Assembly: GCA_964291285.2 (NCBI GenBank)
Contig: OZ219786.1
Location: 1,120,001 to 1,184,000 of the forward strand
DNA: 64,000 bases
Source: Alphaproteobacteria bacterium
GTDB lineage: Bacteria > Pseudomonadota > Alphaproteobacteria > Bin95
Direction of reading: 5' to 3'
Of the stretch, positions 53,934 to 63,198 are shown piece by piece. Under the pieces are notes generated by a model. It was not told the origin of the DNA and did no database searches. It was given only the letters and a program-made list of their open reading frames with translations. How positions within the stretch are numbered: the first letter of the stretch is position 1; the number at the start of each line of letters is the position of its first letter. A program made the position numbers and the translations under genes.

Positions 53934-54950
53934 TCAGCCGGCCCTGAGGCGCGGCAGCACTTCCCCGGCGAGGCGCTCCATCAGCCGGTCGGGCCGGGTC
54001 CAGGTCGCCTCGTCGCGCCACCAGATCGCGTCGATGTCGAGCGCCGCCAGCGCCCTCACGCGCTCCGCCACCTCTCCGGCCGGCCCGAGCGCGACGCAGG
54101 CCTCGACCGCGGCGTCGGGCACATAGGATGTCACCCGCTTCGCCTCCTCCCAGTCCACCGCATGGCCGAGGTCCGGATAGGGCTCCTCATAGTCCGCCGG
54201 CCGGGCCGGTATCTCTATGCCGGGGAAGAAGACATCCGCATGGCGGTGCCGGCAGAGGCCCGCCGCGCAGGGGCGCATACGGTCGATTGCGCGCTCGCGG
54301 TCGTCGTCGATGCAGGCGGTGACCACGACGATGCGCCGGACGTCCTCTCTGGCACGGCCCGCGGCTGCCATGCCGGCGTCGACCCGCTCCAGCGCCCAGG
54401 CGACGGCCCCGGGCGCGGCGCCGACATGGATGAGCACGCCGTCCGCGATCTCGCCCGCGAGCGCCAGCATCCGGGGGCCGGTCGCGGCGAGCAGGATGGG
54501 CACATGGGCGTAGGCCGGGTCGAGCACGGTCTCCGAGCCGCCCGGATCGGTCGGCCGGCCGCCGAGCAGGCCGCGCCAGAGGGCGGTGGCCTCGCGCATG
54601 CCGGCCAGGGTGGCCGCCTTGCGGCCGATGATATAGGCGGAGCTGAAGCCCGTGCCCGCGACGAGGTCTGCCCGGCCGCCGGATGCGTCATCCAGGGTCG
54701 CGATGGCGCTTGCCGTGGTCAGCGGATGGCGGGTCAGCGGGTTGGTGACGCCGGGACCGAGGCGCATCCGGCCTGTCGAGCCGGCGGCGGCTCCCAGATG
54801 CATATAGACGTCGCGCCAGCGCCCGGCGAGCAGCGGCGTGTCCGGCACCCACATGAAGTCGAAGCCGGCGGCCTCGACCTCGGCGGCATAGGCGGCGGTG
54901 TCCCGGGGCGCGCCCACCGTGGGCACGCGAAGGCCGAATTGCAGTGTCAC
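53934..54950 (-). CDS. LLM class oxidoreductase (Mer-like)
   Basis: GFDFMWVPD, LGPGVTNPLTRHP, AATGPRMLALAGEIADG. Confidence 0.88.
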   Translation of the reverse strand: MTLQFGLRVPTVGAPRDTAAYAAEVEAAGFDFMWVPDTPLLAGRWRDVYMHLGAAAGSTGRMRLGPGVTNPLTRHPLTTASAIATLDDASGGRADLVAGTGFSSAYIIGRKAATLAGMREATALWRGLLGGRPTDPGGSETVLDPAYAHVPILLAATGPRMLALAGEIADGVLIHVGAAPGAVAWALERVDAGMAAAGRAREDVRRIVVVTACIDDDRERAIDRMRPCAAGLCRHRHADVFFPGIEIPARPADYEEPYPDLGHAVDWEEAKRVTSYVPDAAVEACVALGPAGEVAERVRALAALDIDAIWWRDEATWTRPDRLMERLAGEVLPRLRAG

Positions 54951-55063
54951 GGATTTGCTCCCCCCTCTGCCGCCGCGAGACTCCGAAGGCGGCCTTCTTG
55001 ACCCGGAAGGCCCGGCCGGCGAACACTCCGCCGGATTCCCGCCACGGCTTCAGGATGCACCCC

Positions 55064-55849
55064 ATGACCGCGACCGGCAACAGGCTCGAATGGCACGAAA
55101 CGGAGCGGCATGACGGCGCCTCGGTGCGCGAATTCACCATCCACACGGGCGCGCGGCCGGTGACGGGGGTGCTCTGGTCCGGCGACGGCTCGAAGCCCGG
55201 CGCGCCGCTCGTCTGCTACGGCCACGGCGCTTCCGGCACCCGGCACCAGCGCCCGATCCCCGATATCGCCGCCGGTCTCTGCCGCAGCCACGGTTATTTC
55301 GGCCTGTCCCTCGACGGACCGGTTCACGGCCGCCGCCAGGTTGGCCCCGGCGGGCGCGAGTCCTTCTGGCCGGAATGGCAGCGCGAGGGGACGGCCGACG
55401 ACATGGTGCGCGACTGGCGGCTTGCGCTGGAGACGGTCTCCGGGCTGGAGGAGGTCGGCGCCGGCCCCGTCGGCTATTGGGGCCTGTCGATGGGCACGAT
55501 CTACGGCGCGCCCTTCGTCGCCGCCGAGCCGCGCATTTCGGTCGCCGTGCTGGGGCTGATGGGCCTCGTCTCCGAGCCCGCGCACTACAAGCCGGTCATC
55601 GAGGCGGCGGCGAGGGCGATCACCTGTCCCGTGCTGTTCATCTGGCAGCTCGAGGACAAGCTCTTCACCCGCGAGCAGTGCCTGGCCATGTTCGATGCGC
55701 TCGGCTCCGCCGACAAGCGCCTCCACGCCAATCCCGGCCTGCATCCCGCCGTGCCGCCCGAGGAGCTCGAATTCTGCGGGGCGTTCCTCACCCGCTATCT
55801 CAGCGGCACGCCCCTCGGCCGCGACCCCGTCTTCCGGGTCAGCGAATAG
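55064..55849 (+). CDS. Alpha/beta fold hydrolase
   Basis: GHGA, GYWGLSMG nucleophile motif, HANPGLH. Confidence 0.8.
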   Translation: MTATGNRLEWHETERHDGASVREFTIHTGARPVTGVLWSGDGSKPGAPLVCYGHGASGTRHQRPIPDIAAGLCRSHGYFGLSLDGPVHGRRQVGPGGRESFWPEWQREGTADDMVRDWRLALETVSGLEEVGAGPVGYWGLSMGTIYGAPFVAAEPRISVAVLGLMGLVSEPAHYKPVIEAAARAITCPVLFIWQLEDKLFTREQCLAMFDALGSADKRLHANPGLHPAVPPEELEFCGAFLTRYLSGTPLGRDPVFRVSE

Positions 55850-55935
55850 GCGGCGCCCGTGGACCTTGGGCCGGGTGCAGCTTGACGCTGCCGTCCCTGC
55901 AGTTAGGTTGAACCTGCGTCTCAAGGTAAGCGGTC

Positions 55936-56199
55936 ATGTCCACCGTCAACATCGGCGAGGCGAGGGCCCGTTTGTCCTCGCTGGTCTCTCGGGCCGAACG
56001 CGGCGAGGAAGTTGTGATTGCCCGTCGGGGCAAGCCGGCCGTTCGTCTTGTGGCCTGTGCCTCGCCCGCGACCGGCAGACCGAAGGGACGCCGGCAACCG
56101 GGCGCCCTGAAGGGCAGGCTCAGGATTCCGGACAGTGCGTTGTTCGATCCTCTGCCGGAAGAAGAACTGAAAGACTGGGAAGGGCGTTCGGAAGACTGA
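55936..56199 (+). CDS. Phd/YefM family antitoxin
   Basis: VNIGEARARLSSLV...GEEVVIARRGKP, FDPLPEEEL. Confidence 0.9.
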   Translation: MSTVNIGEARARLSSLVSRAERGEEVVIARRGKPAVRLVACASPATGRPKGRRQPGALKGRLRIPDSALFDPLPEEELKDWEGRSED

Positions 56200-56205
56200 C
56201 TGCCG

Positions 56206-56583
56206 GTGCGCATATTATTGGATACCCACGCCTTTCTCTGGTGGTTGACGGACGATGCCCGTTTGTCGGGCGCCGCTCACCGTATGATCGGTGATCGGGC
56301 GAACGACGTAGCGGTGAGCGCCGCTTCCGCTTGGGAAATAGCAACCAAAGCCCGGCTTGGCAGACTTCCGGATATCGGTGTCGATATCGCCGGCTCCATT
56401 GCCGGGGCAGGGTTCGAGCAGATTTCGATCACCGTCGCCGATGCCGAGCGAGCGGGGCGGCTGCCGGGTCCGCATCGCGATCCGTTCGACCGGATGCCCA
56501 TCGCGCAGGCCATGGGCCGCGACATTCCGATTGTGTCCATCGACGCCGTATTCGACCGCTACGAAGTCCGTCGCCTCTGGTAA
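56206..56583 (+). CDS. vapC: VapC/PIN domain toxin
   Basis: LLDTHAFLW, SAWEI, HRDPFDR. Confidence 0.92.
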   Translation: MRILLDTHAFLWWLTDDARLSGAAHRMIGDRANDVAVSAASAWEIATKARLGRLPDIGVDIAGSIAGAGFEQISITVADAERAGRLPGPHRDPFDRMPIAQAMGRDIPIVSIDAVFDRYEVRRLW

Positions 56584-56679
56584 ACGGTTCGATCTCCCCG
56601 GGGCGGCATTGGCAAAGGGTCCGCTGCCGGACTAGGATTCCTTGAGCGACGAAGAGCCGGAAGGCCGGGGGCAAGCGCG

Positions 56680-58953
56680 ATGGTTGACAACGACACGCTC
56701 GGGCGCGAGGCGCTGCGGATGCACGCCGCCGGGCGGCCCGGCAAGGTTGAGGTGACGCCGACCAAGCCGCTCACCACCCAGTACCAGCTCTCGCTCGCCT
56801 ATTCGCCGGGCGTGGCCGCGCCCTGCCTCGAGATCGAGAAGGACCCGGGCCTTGCCTACGACTACACCGCCAAGGGCAACATGGTGGCGGTGATCTCGAA
56901 CGGCACCGCCGTGCTCGGCCTCGGCAATATCGGCGCGCTCGCCTCCAAGCCCGTCATGGAAGGAAAGGCGGTTCTCTTCAAGCGCTTCGCCGACGTGGAC
57001 GGCATCGACCTGGAGGTGGACACCGAAGACGTCGACGCCTTCATCGAATGCGTGCGCTACCTCGGCAAGAGCTTCGGCGGCATCAACCTGGAGGACATCA
57101 AGGCGCCCGAATGCTTCATCGTCGAGGAGCGCCTGCGCGAACTGCTCGACATCCCGGTCTTCCACGACGACCAGCACGGCACGGCGATCATCTCCGCCGC
57201 CGGCCTCATCAACGCGCTGCACCTGACGGGACGGCGCATCCGGGACTGCCGCATGGTGGTGAACGGCGCGGGCGCGTCCGGCATCGCCTGCGTGGACCTG
57301 TTCAAGGCGCTCGGCCTGCCGGCGGAAAACGTCGTGCTCTGCGACACGCGCGGCGTCATCTACCGCGGCCGCACCGAAGGCATGAACCAGTGGAAGTCGG
57401 CGCATGCGGTCGAGACGCCGATGCGTACGCTCGAAGAGGCGATGAAGGGCGCCGACATTGCGTTCGGCCTCTCGGTCAAGGGCGCCTTCACCCGCGAGAT
57501 GGTCGCGTCGATGGCGGACAAGCCGATCATCTTCGCGCTCGCCAATCCCGATCCCGAAATCACGCCGGAAGAGGTGCGCGAGGTGCGCGACGACGCGATC
57601 GTCTGCACCGGGCGGTCGGACTACCCGAACCAGGTCAACAATGTGCTGGGCTTCCCCTACATCTTCCGGGGCGCGCTGGATGTGCGCGCGACGACCGTCA
57701 ACGACGCGATGAAGATCGCCGCGGCGGATGCGCTGGCGGCGCTCGCGCGGGAGGACGTGCCCGACGAGGCGGCGGCGGCCTATCCCGGCAAGCGCCTGCA
57801 ATACGGGCCCGACTATGTCATTCCCGTTCCCTTCGACCCGCGCCTGATCGTCAATGTGCCGGAGGCGGTGGCGCGCGCCGCCATCGACACGGGCGTGGCG
57901 CAGAAGCCGATCGAGGACTGGCCCGCCTACCGGGCTGCGCTCGCCGCCCGCCTCGATTCCACCTCGGGCAGCCTCCAGCGCATCTATGCCGAAGTGCAGG
58001 CCGCGCCGCGCCGCGTCGTGTTCGCCGAGGGCGAGGAGGAGCGCGCCATCCGCGCCGCGCTCGCCTTCCGCGCGCAAGGCTTCGGCACGCCGGTGCTGGT
58101 CGGGCGCGAGACCATTATCCGGGGCCAGATGGAGCGGCTCGGCATCGCTTCCGGCGAACCGCTGGAAATCCATAACGCCGCCCTCTCGGAAGACAACGCG
58201 CAATACATCGCCATGCTCTATGAGCGGCTCCAGCGCCAGGGCCACCTGCAGCGCGACGTGCAGCGCATGGTGCATCAGGACCGCAATTGCTTCGCCGCCT
58301 GCATGGTGGCGGCCGGAGCGGCCGACGCCATGGTGACCGGCCTCACCCGGTCCTTCCAGGTGAGCTTCGGCGGCGTGCGCCATGTGTTGCCGCCCACCGC
58401 CGATTCGACGCCCTGCGGGGTGACGCTCTATGTGAGCCGCAACCAGACCGTTTTCGTCGCCGATACCACGGTGAACGAGCGGCCGGGGCCGGAACAGCTT
58501 GCCGACATCGCGGCGGCGGCGGCCGGCATGGCGCGAAACATGGGCGCGGAGCCGCGCGTCGCCCTGCTCTCCTTCTCCAATTTCGGCAATCCGCCCTTCG
58601 GCGAGGCGGCCCATGTGCGCGAGGCGGTGTCCGTGCTCGACGCCCGCGGCGTCGATTTCGAGTATGAGGGCGAGATGTCGGCGGACGCCGCGCTCGACGA
58701 GGAGCTGATGCGCCAGCTCTATCCCTTCGCGCGGCTTTCCGGGCCGGCCAACGTGCTCGTCATGCCGAGCCTGCACGCCGCCAACATCTCGGCCAAGATG
58801 CTGCAGATGCTGGGGGGCGGGGCCGTGATCGGCCCGGTGCTGCTCGGGCTTTCCAAGCCGGTCCAGATCGTCCAGATGGGCGCCAAGGTCTCCGAGGTCG
58901 TCAACATGGCCGTCTTCGCCGCCCACGCGGCGGGGAACAACCGGCGTCAGTAA
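56680..58953 (+). CDS. maeB: NADP-dependent malic enzyme with phosphotransacetylase-like C-terminal domain
   Basis: AYSPGVA, KPVMEGK, NLEDIK, FHDDQHGT, GRSDYPNQVNN, VVFAEGEE. Confidence 0.95.
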   Translation: MVDNDTLGREALRMHAAGRPGKVEVTPTKPLTTQYQLSLAYSPGVAAPCLEIEKDPGLAYDYTAKGNMVAVISNGTAVLGLGNIGALASKPVMEGKAVLFKRFADVDGIDLEVDTEDVDAFIECVRYLGKSFGGINLEDIKAPECFIVEERLRELLDIPVFHDDQHGTAIISAAGLINALHLTGRRIRDCRMVVNGAGASGIACVDLFKALGLPAENVVLCDTRGVIYRGRTEGMNQWKSAHAVETPMRTLEEAMKGADIAFGLSVKGAFTREMVASMADKPIIFALANPDPEITPEEVREVRDDAIVCTGRSDYPNQVNNVLGFPYIFRGALDVRATTVNDAMKIAAADALAALAREDVPDEAAAAYPGKRLQYGPDYVIPVPFDPRLIVNVPEAVARAAIDTGVAQKPIEDWPAYRAALAARLDSTSGSLQRIYAEVQAAPRRVVFAEGEEERAIRAALAFRAQGFGTPVLVGRETIIRGQMERLGIASGEPLEIHNAALSEDNAQYIAMLYERLQRQGHLQRDVQRMVHQDRNCFAACMVAAGAADAMVTGLTRSFQVSFGGVRHVLPPTADSTPCGVTLYVSRNQTVFVADTTVNERPGPEQLADIAAAAAGMARNMGAEPRVALLSFSNFGNPPFGEAAHVREAVSVLDARGVDFEYEGEMSADAALDEELMRQLYPFARLSGPANVLVMPSLHAANISAKMLQMLGGGAVIGPVLLGLSKPVQIVQMGAKVSEVVNMAVFAAHAAGNNRRQ

Positions 58954-59615
58954 CCCCGCCCCGGCAGCGTCTCGTGCAGGGGGCGCACGCGGGGGTCCAG
59001 TTGCCGCTCGGTATAGTAGTCGCCCGCGGGCTTCCAGGCGTCGAACACGCGCCTGAGTTCGCCCACCGGCTCCTCGTGGATATCGACGCGCAGATCGACG
59101 AGGGGGAAGTCGTGCGCGCCCCAGGTGACGAGGGCCGCCGAGTTCTGCCCGCCATGCTGGCCGCCGGCGTCGCGGCCGGCTTCGAGCGCGGCGAGCAGGC
59201 GTTCCGCGAGCGTGCCGCCCTGGAAGCCTCCCTCTATGGCGTCGAGCACATGCTCGCCGGTCAGCACGTTGCCGAGCGCGATCAGCCCGTCGCGCAGATG
59301 GTGGCCGGCGAAGTCCCGGTTCTCCCCGCCGGTGCGCGCGGCCGCCCGGCCTTCCGCATCGATAATCCCCAATTGCCGGTATTCGGGGTGCGGGTCGGCG
59401 GCGACGAGCGCATCGACCGCCGCCTGGGCCGGGCACCCGTTGGCCAGCAGGTCCTGCGCCAGCCGGCCGAGGCGGTAATCGGCAATCGCCATGATGGCGA
59501 CCGCGCCGAGGCGCGAGACATGCGGCACACGCACCCCGACCGCAAGCGAGCGCGTCGCCGTCGCGATGCCGAGTTCGCCCGTGGCCGCGTCGCGCGCAAT
59601 GCAGGTGAAGGTCAT
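58947..59615 (-). CDS. DUF1028 family (Ntn-hydrolase-like) protein
   Basis: MTFTCIARD...LAVG, RQLG, GNVL, AGG...SAAL, DLRVD. Confidence 0.85.
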   Translation of the reverse strand: MTFTCIARDAATGELGIATATRSLAVGVRVPHVSRLGAVAIMAIADYRLGRLAQDLLANGCPAQAAVDALVAADPHPEYRQLGIIDAEGRAAARTGGENRDFAGHHLRDGLIALGNVLTGEHVLDAIEGGFQGGTLAERLLAALEAGRDAGGQHGGQNSAALVTWGAHDFPLVDLRVDIHEEPVGELRRVFDAWKPAGDYYTERQLDPRVRPLHETLPGRGY

Positions 59616-59653
59616 CGGTTTCCCCTCCTGTTCCGCCCCGGCGAACGGGTCTG

Positions 59654-60841
59654 TTAACGCAGGCCGCCGAAGAAGGACGAAATGTCGGCGGCGAGCCGGT
59701 CCGGGTCTTCCAGGGCCGCGAAATGGCCGCCGCTGTCCCTGATCGTCCAGCGCCGGATGTTGGTGTACATGGTCTCGGCGAGCGAGCGCGGCGGGGTCAG
59801 GATCTCGAAAGGATGCTCGACATAGGCGGTGGGCACCGTCACCGGTTCGTCTTCCGATATGATCCAGGGCTCCCGAGTCCGCTGGTAGTAGGGCCATGCC
59901 GAGGAGCCGATCGCGCCGGTGATCCAGTAGATCATGATGTTCGTGAGCAGCGTGTCGCGGCCGAAACAGGCATCGACATCGCCGCCGCAATCGCTCCAGG
60001 AGCGCCACTTCTCGACGATCCACGACGCCAGCCCGGCCGGCGAATCGGTGAGCCCGAAGGCGAGGGTCTGCGGCTTGGTCCCCATGATCTGGACATAGCC
60101 GGTCTCTTCGGTGAGCCAGTGCGCCAGCTGCGCCCGGTAGCGCTCCTCCTCCCCGGTCGGCTCGGCGAGTTCGGGCAGGACCCGCGGCAGCGCCATCAGC
60201 GTGATGTGGATGCCCCGCGTCCTGTCGGTGTGGGCGTTGCCGAGATGGGCCGCGACATAGGAGCCGAAATCCTGGCCGTGGGCGAAGAACCGGTCGTGGC
60301 CCAGCACGTCGGTCATCAGCACCGCGAGGATGTCCGTGGCGTCCCTGAGGCCGAAGCGGCGCTGGCCCGGCGTGAAGGAAAATCCGTAACCGGGCAGCGA
60401 CGGCACGACGACGGTGAAGGAGTCTTCCGCGCGGCCGCCAAAGTCCGACGGCCGGGTCAGGCGCGGGATCAGCCTGTGATACTCGTAGAAGGAGCCGGGC
60501 CAGCCGTGGACGAGCAGCAGCGGCGGCGCATCCGGCGCCTCTCCCGGCACATGGGCATAGTGCAGGTCGTGGCCCCCGATGGTGACCTTGCGGTTGTTCA
60601 GCCTGTTGAGCGCCGCCTCCTGGGCCCGCCAGTCATAGTCCTCGGCCCAGTAGGCGCACAGCGCTTCGAGATAGGCGACATCGGTGCCGAACTGCCAGGG
60701 GTCGCCGGGCGCCCGGTCGGGCCAGCGGGTGGCGCGGAGCCGGCGGCGCAGGTCGTCGAGCGCCTCGTCCCCGACGGCGATCTCGAAGGCCCGCGGCGCG
60801 CGCCCGTCCCAGACGAGCGTGCTGTCGTTCTGCGATGACAT
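59654..60841 (-). CDS. Epoxide hydrolase (microsomal type)
   Basis: YDWRAQE, HGWPGS, GQDFGS, GGHFAALE. Confidence 0.92.
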   Translation of the reverse strand: MSSQNDSTLVWDGRAPRAFEIAVGDEALDDLRRRLRATRWPDRAPGDPWQFGTDVAYLEALCAYWAEDYDWRAQEAALNRLNNRKVTIGGHDLHYAHVPGEAPDAPPLLLVHGWPGSFYEYHRLIPRLTRPSDFGGRAEDSFTVVVPSLPGYGFSFTPGQRRFGLRDATDILAVLMTDVLGHDRFFAHGQDFGSYVAAHLGNAHTDRTRGIHITLMALPRVLPELAEPTGEEERYRAQLAHWLTEETGYVQIMGTKPQTLAFGLTDSPAGLASWIVEKWRSWSDCGGDVDACFGRDTLLTNIMIYWITGAIGSSAWPYYQRTREPWIISEDEPVTVPTAYVEHPFEILTPPRSLAETMYTNIRRWTIRDSGGHFAALEDPDRLAADISSFFGGLR

Positions 60842-60969
60842 GTCCCCTCCGCAATATGCCCCGGCATACTATCCCGCATGTCACGCCGGGGTCACGGCCT
60901 GCACCGCGTCCAGGCCTTCGGTCCATGCAGGTTGGATCGTGCAACAACCTGTTGAAATATAGGAAAAGA

Positions 60970-61044
60970 TGGCTCCGCGGGTAGGATTCGAACCTACGAC
61001 CAATCGGTTAACAGCCGACCGCTCTACCACTGAGCTACCGCGGA
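60970..61044 (-). tRNA. tRNA-Asn(GTT)
   Basis: TCCGCGG acceptor stem, anticodon loop CTGTTAA, GTTCGAATC, encoded CCA. Confidence 0.96.
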
Positions 61045-61097
61045 ACAGGCCCGAACGGGCGCCCTTATAGCGGCCCTTTGCGGGCTTGGCGAGGGGC

Positions 61098-61171
61098 TGG
61101 AGGCGCGGACCGGATTCGAACCGGTGTAAGCGGATTTGCAGTCCGATGGATAGCCACTCTCCCACCGCGCC
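61098..61171 (-). tRNA. tRNA-Cys(GCA)
   Basis: GGCGCGG acceptor stem, anticodon loop CTGCAAA, GTTCGAATC, encoded CCA. Confidence 0.96.
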
Positions 61172-61401
61172 GCCGGGGCTCCCACATAGGCCGGCAGCCG
61201 GGCGCGGTCAATGCGCGCCGGGCGGCGCCCGCCTCGAATGCCGGAACGCGGGACATGCCGGCCATGCCCGCCGACCGGATGCGGCCAAAAACCCCGCAGC
61301 GAAATTTTCTCAAAGTGGAACGGGAGGTTGTGCGTATGTAAGTTACATTATATCATAACATAAGCGGCTCGGCCGGAACCGGATCCTGGGGAGACAAGGC
61401 A

Positions 61402-62406
61402 ATGCAAGATCTGACACTCACCCGACGCAATGTCCTGCTGGGCGGCGCAGCACTGGCCGGCGCATCGGCTGTCGGCCTGACCGCGGGGCGTGCCCTGGCC
61501 AAGGCGCCGATGGCCACCGACCAGGTGCCGTATTTCTACCGCTTCAGGCACGGGTCCATGCAGGGCACGGTGATCTCGGACGGCATCCTGCCGCTCGGCG
61601 ACCCCTCGGGCGCCTTCCTCGGCGTGTCGAAAGAGGAAGTCGGGCAGATGCTCACCAACAACTTCCTCGATCCGCGCAATGTCATCCTGGAGCAGAACAT
61701 TCTGGTGCTGAACACCGGCTCGCACCTCGTGCTGTTCGACACCGGCATGGGCGAATCGCAGATGTTCGGCCCCACGACCGGCAAGATGATGAGCAATCTG
61801 GAAGTGGCCGGCATCGACCCGGCATCGATCGATGCGGTCCTCTGCACGCACGGCCATTGCGACCACGTCTGGGGCATCATGCGCGACGACGGCACGCGCA
61901 ACTTCCCGAATGCGCAGATCTACATCTCGCAGGCGGATTTCGACTTCTGGACCGACGAGGCCAAGCTGTCGATGACCGATCCGGCCTTCATGAAACCCTT
62001 CGTGGAAGGCGCCAGGAAAAACCTGCTGCCGAACCGCGACCGCATCGTGTTCCTGAAGGACGGCGAGGAGTTCCTGCCGGGCATCCAGGCCATGTCGGCG
62101 CCCGGCCACACGGTAGGCCACACCATGTTCCTGCTGACCTCGGAGGGGCAGACGATGGCGGCCATCGGCGATACGACCCATCACCAGGTGCTGCTGATGG
62201 AAAGGCCGCTGATGGAGTTCGCCTACGATACCGATCCGACGCAGTCGGCGCAGACGCGCTACCGGGTGCTCGACATGATCGCCTCCGAGCGGATGCCGCT
62301 GATCGCCTACCACTTCCCGTGGCCCGGCATCGGCAACATCGCGAAGCGCGGCGAGGGCTTCGAATATTTCCCGGCCCCCATGGTGTTGCAGGAACTGCCC
62401 GGCTGA
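61402..62406 (+). CDS. Tat-exported MBL-fold metallo-hydrolase
   Basis: TRRNVL twin-arginine signal, THGHCDH, PGHTVGH, YHFPWPG. Confidence 0.9.
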   Translation: MQDLTLTRRNVLLGGAALAGASAVGLTAGRALAKAPMATDQVPYFYRFRHGSMQGTVISDGILPLGDPSGAFLGVSKEEVGQMLTNNFLDPRNVILEQNILVLNTGSHLVLFDTGMGESQMFGPTTGKMMSNLEVAGIDPASIDAVLCTHGHCDHVWGIMRDDGTRNFPNAQIYISQADFDFWTDEAKLSMTDPAFMKPFVEGARKNLLPNRDRIVFLKDGEEFLPGIQAMSAPGHTVGHTMFLLTSEGQTMAAIGDTTHHQVLLMERPLMEFAYDTDPTQSAQTRYRVLDMIASERMPLIAYHFPWPGIGNIAKRGEGFEYFPAPMVLQELPG

Positions 62407-62653
62407 CGGTTTCCGTCAGCGACCGGCCGCCGGGTGCTTTTCAGTGTCCGGCGCATTGCAGAGGGCCGGTGTCATCCGGCCCTCTGTCCAGGGGCGTTGC
62501 CTGAACGGCAGCAGTGCTTTCGCAACGCTCACCGCCCGCCTCCCCGCCATGCCGTAACCTGTCACCCGTCTATCCGGTCCGTACCCTTCTGACCCCCCTC
62601 CCGCCGGGGGTTTCCGGGCGTGCGCGGCCTCTTCCGTTCGCTCTTCCTCCTGC

Positions 62654-62733
62654 GAGCAAAACATGAACAATTTCCAATATTTTTGACTTTCGTTCGTATT
62701 TTGATCTTGACATCTGGCGGATTGTGGTATGAT
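62654..62733 (+). promoter_or_regulatory. Putative sigma70-like promoter with two LexA-like boxes
   Basis: TTGACA 62707-62712, TATGAT 62728-62733; GAGC-N7-GAAC 62654-62668 and GTTC-N7-GATC 62692-62706. Confidence 0.5.
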
Positions 62734-62954
62734 GGTCCCCGGGGAAGCGGACTCCGGAGCCGCGTCCCCGGGTGCCGCGCGGCCGGCGGCGCCGCCTTCG
62801 AAAAAATACCCGCAATACCGACGGGAGGGGTGCGCCCTCTGCCTCGCGCGCGCAATCAGGCGTGCGAACCGCGCCGGCGCCGACGCGCAGGCGCAGGTGC
62901 GCACGATACGCGCGAAAAAGGGACCCGCCGCTCCCGGACCGGAAGGAGACAGGA

Positions 62955-63149
62955 ATGACCGCAACCGACCCCCGACCCGCACTGGCGGCGATGCTGGCCG
63001 CCAGGCTCGCGCCCGCCGCCGAAGCCCTCGCCGCTGCCTATGCCGAAGACCTGAACCCGGAGCCCCCGCCCCCCGACGACCGCGCCTGCGCCGAATGCCA
63101 CCGCCCCCTGCCCGACAGCGCCCGAAGCACGGAACATGACAAAACATGA
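62955..63149 (+). CDS. Putative 64-aa protein inside repeat copy D (CxxC, ends EHDKT)
   Basis: AAGGAG/AGGA RBS, Ala-rich helix, Pro tract, CAECH. Confidence 0.45.
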   Translation: MTATDPRPALAAMLAARLAPAAEALAAAYAEDLNPEPPPPDDRACAECHRPLPDSARSTEHDKT

Positions 63150-63198
63150 CATTCCATGACATGCAGGGACCCCTCGATACGCGGCTGGCGCCGCTACC

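Larger units (their letters stand above)
62640..63170 (+). repeat. Dispersed intergenic element, copy D
   Basis: TTGACA-N15-TATGAT, hairpin, AAAAAATACC, GCGCAATCAGGCGTGCGAACCGCGCCGGCG, GATACGCGCGAAAAAGGGACCCGCCGC, CATGACAAAACATGACATTCCATGACA. Confidence 0.82.

Noticed and set aside
55936-56583. vapBC pair as part of a novel defence system
   Set aside because: Ordinary stand-alone type II toxin-antitoxin module with no neighbouring defence genes
60970-61171. tRNA-Cys as tRNA-Sec partner for the selenoprotein
   Set aside because: 74 nt, GCA anticodon and short variable arm; an ordinary tRNA-Cys
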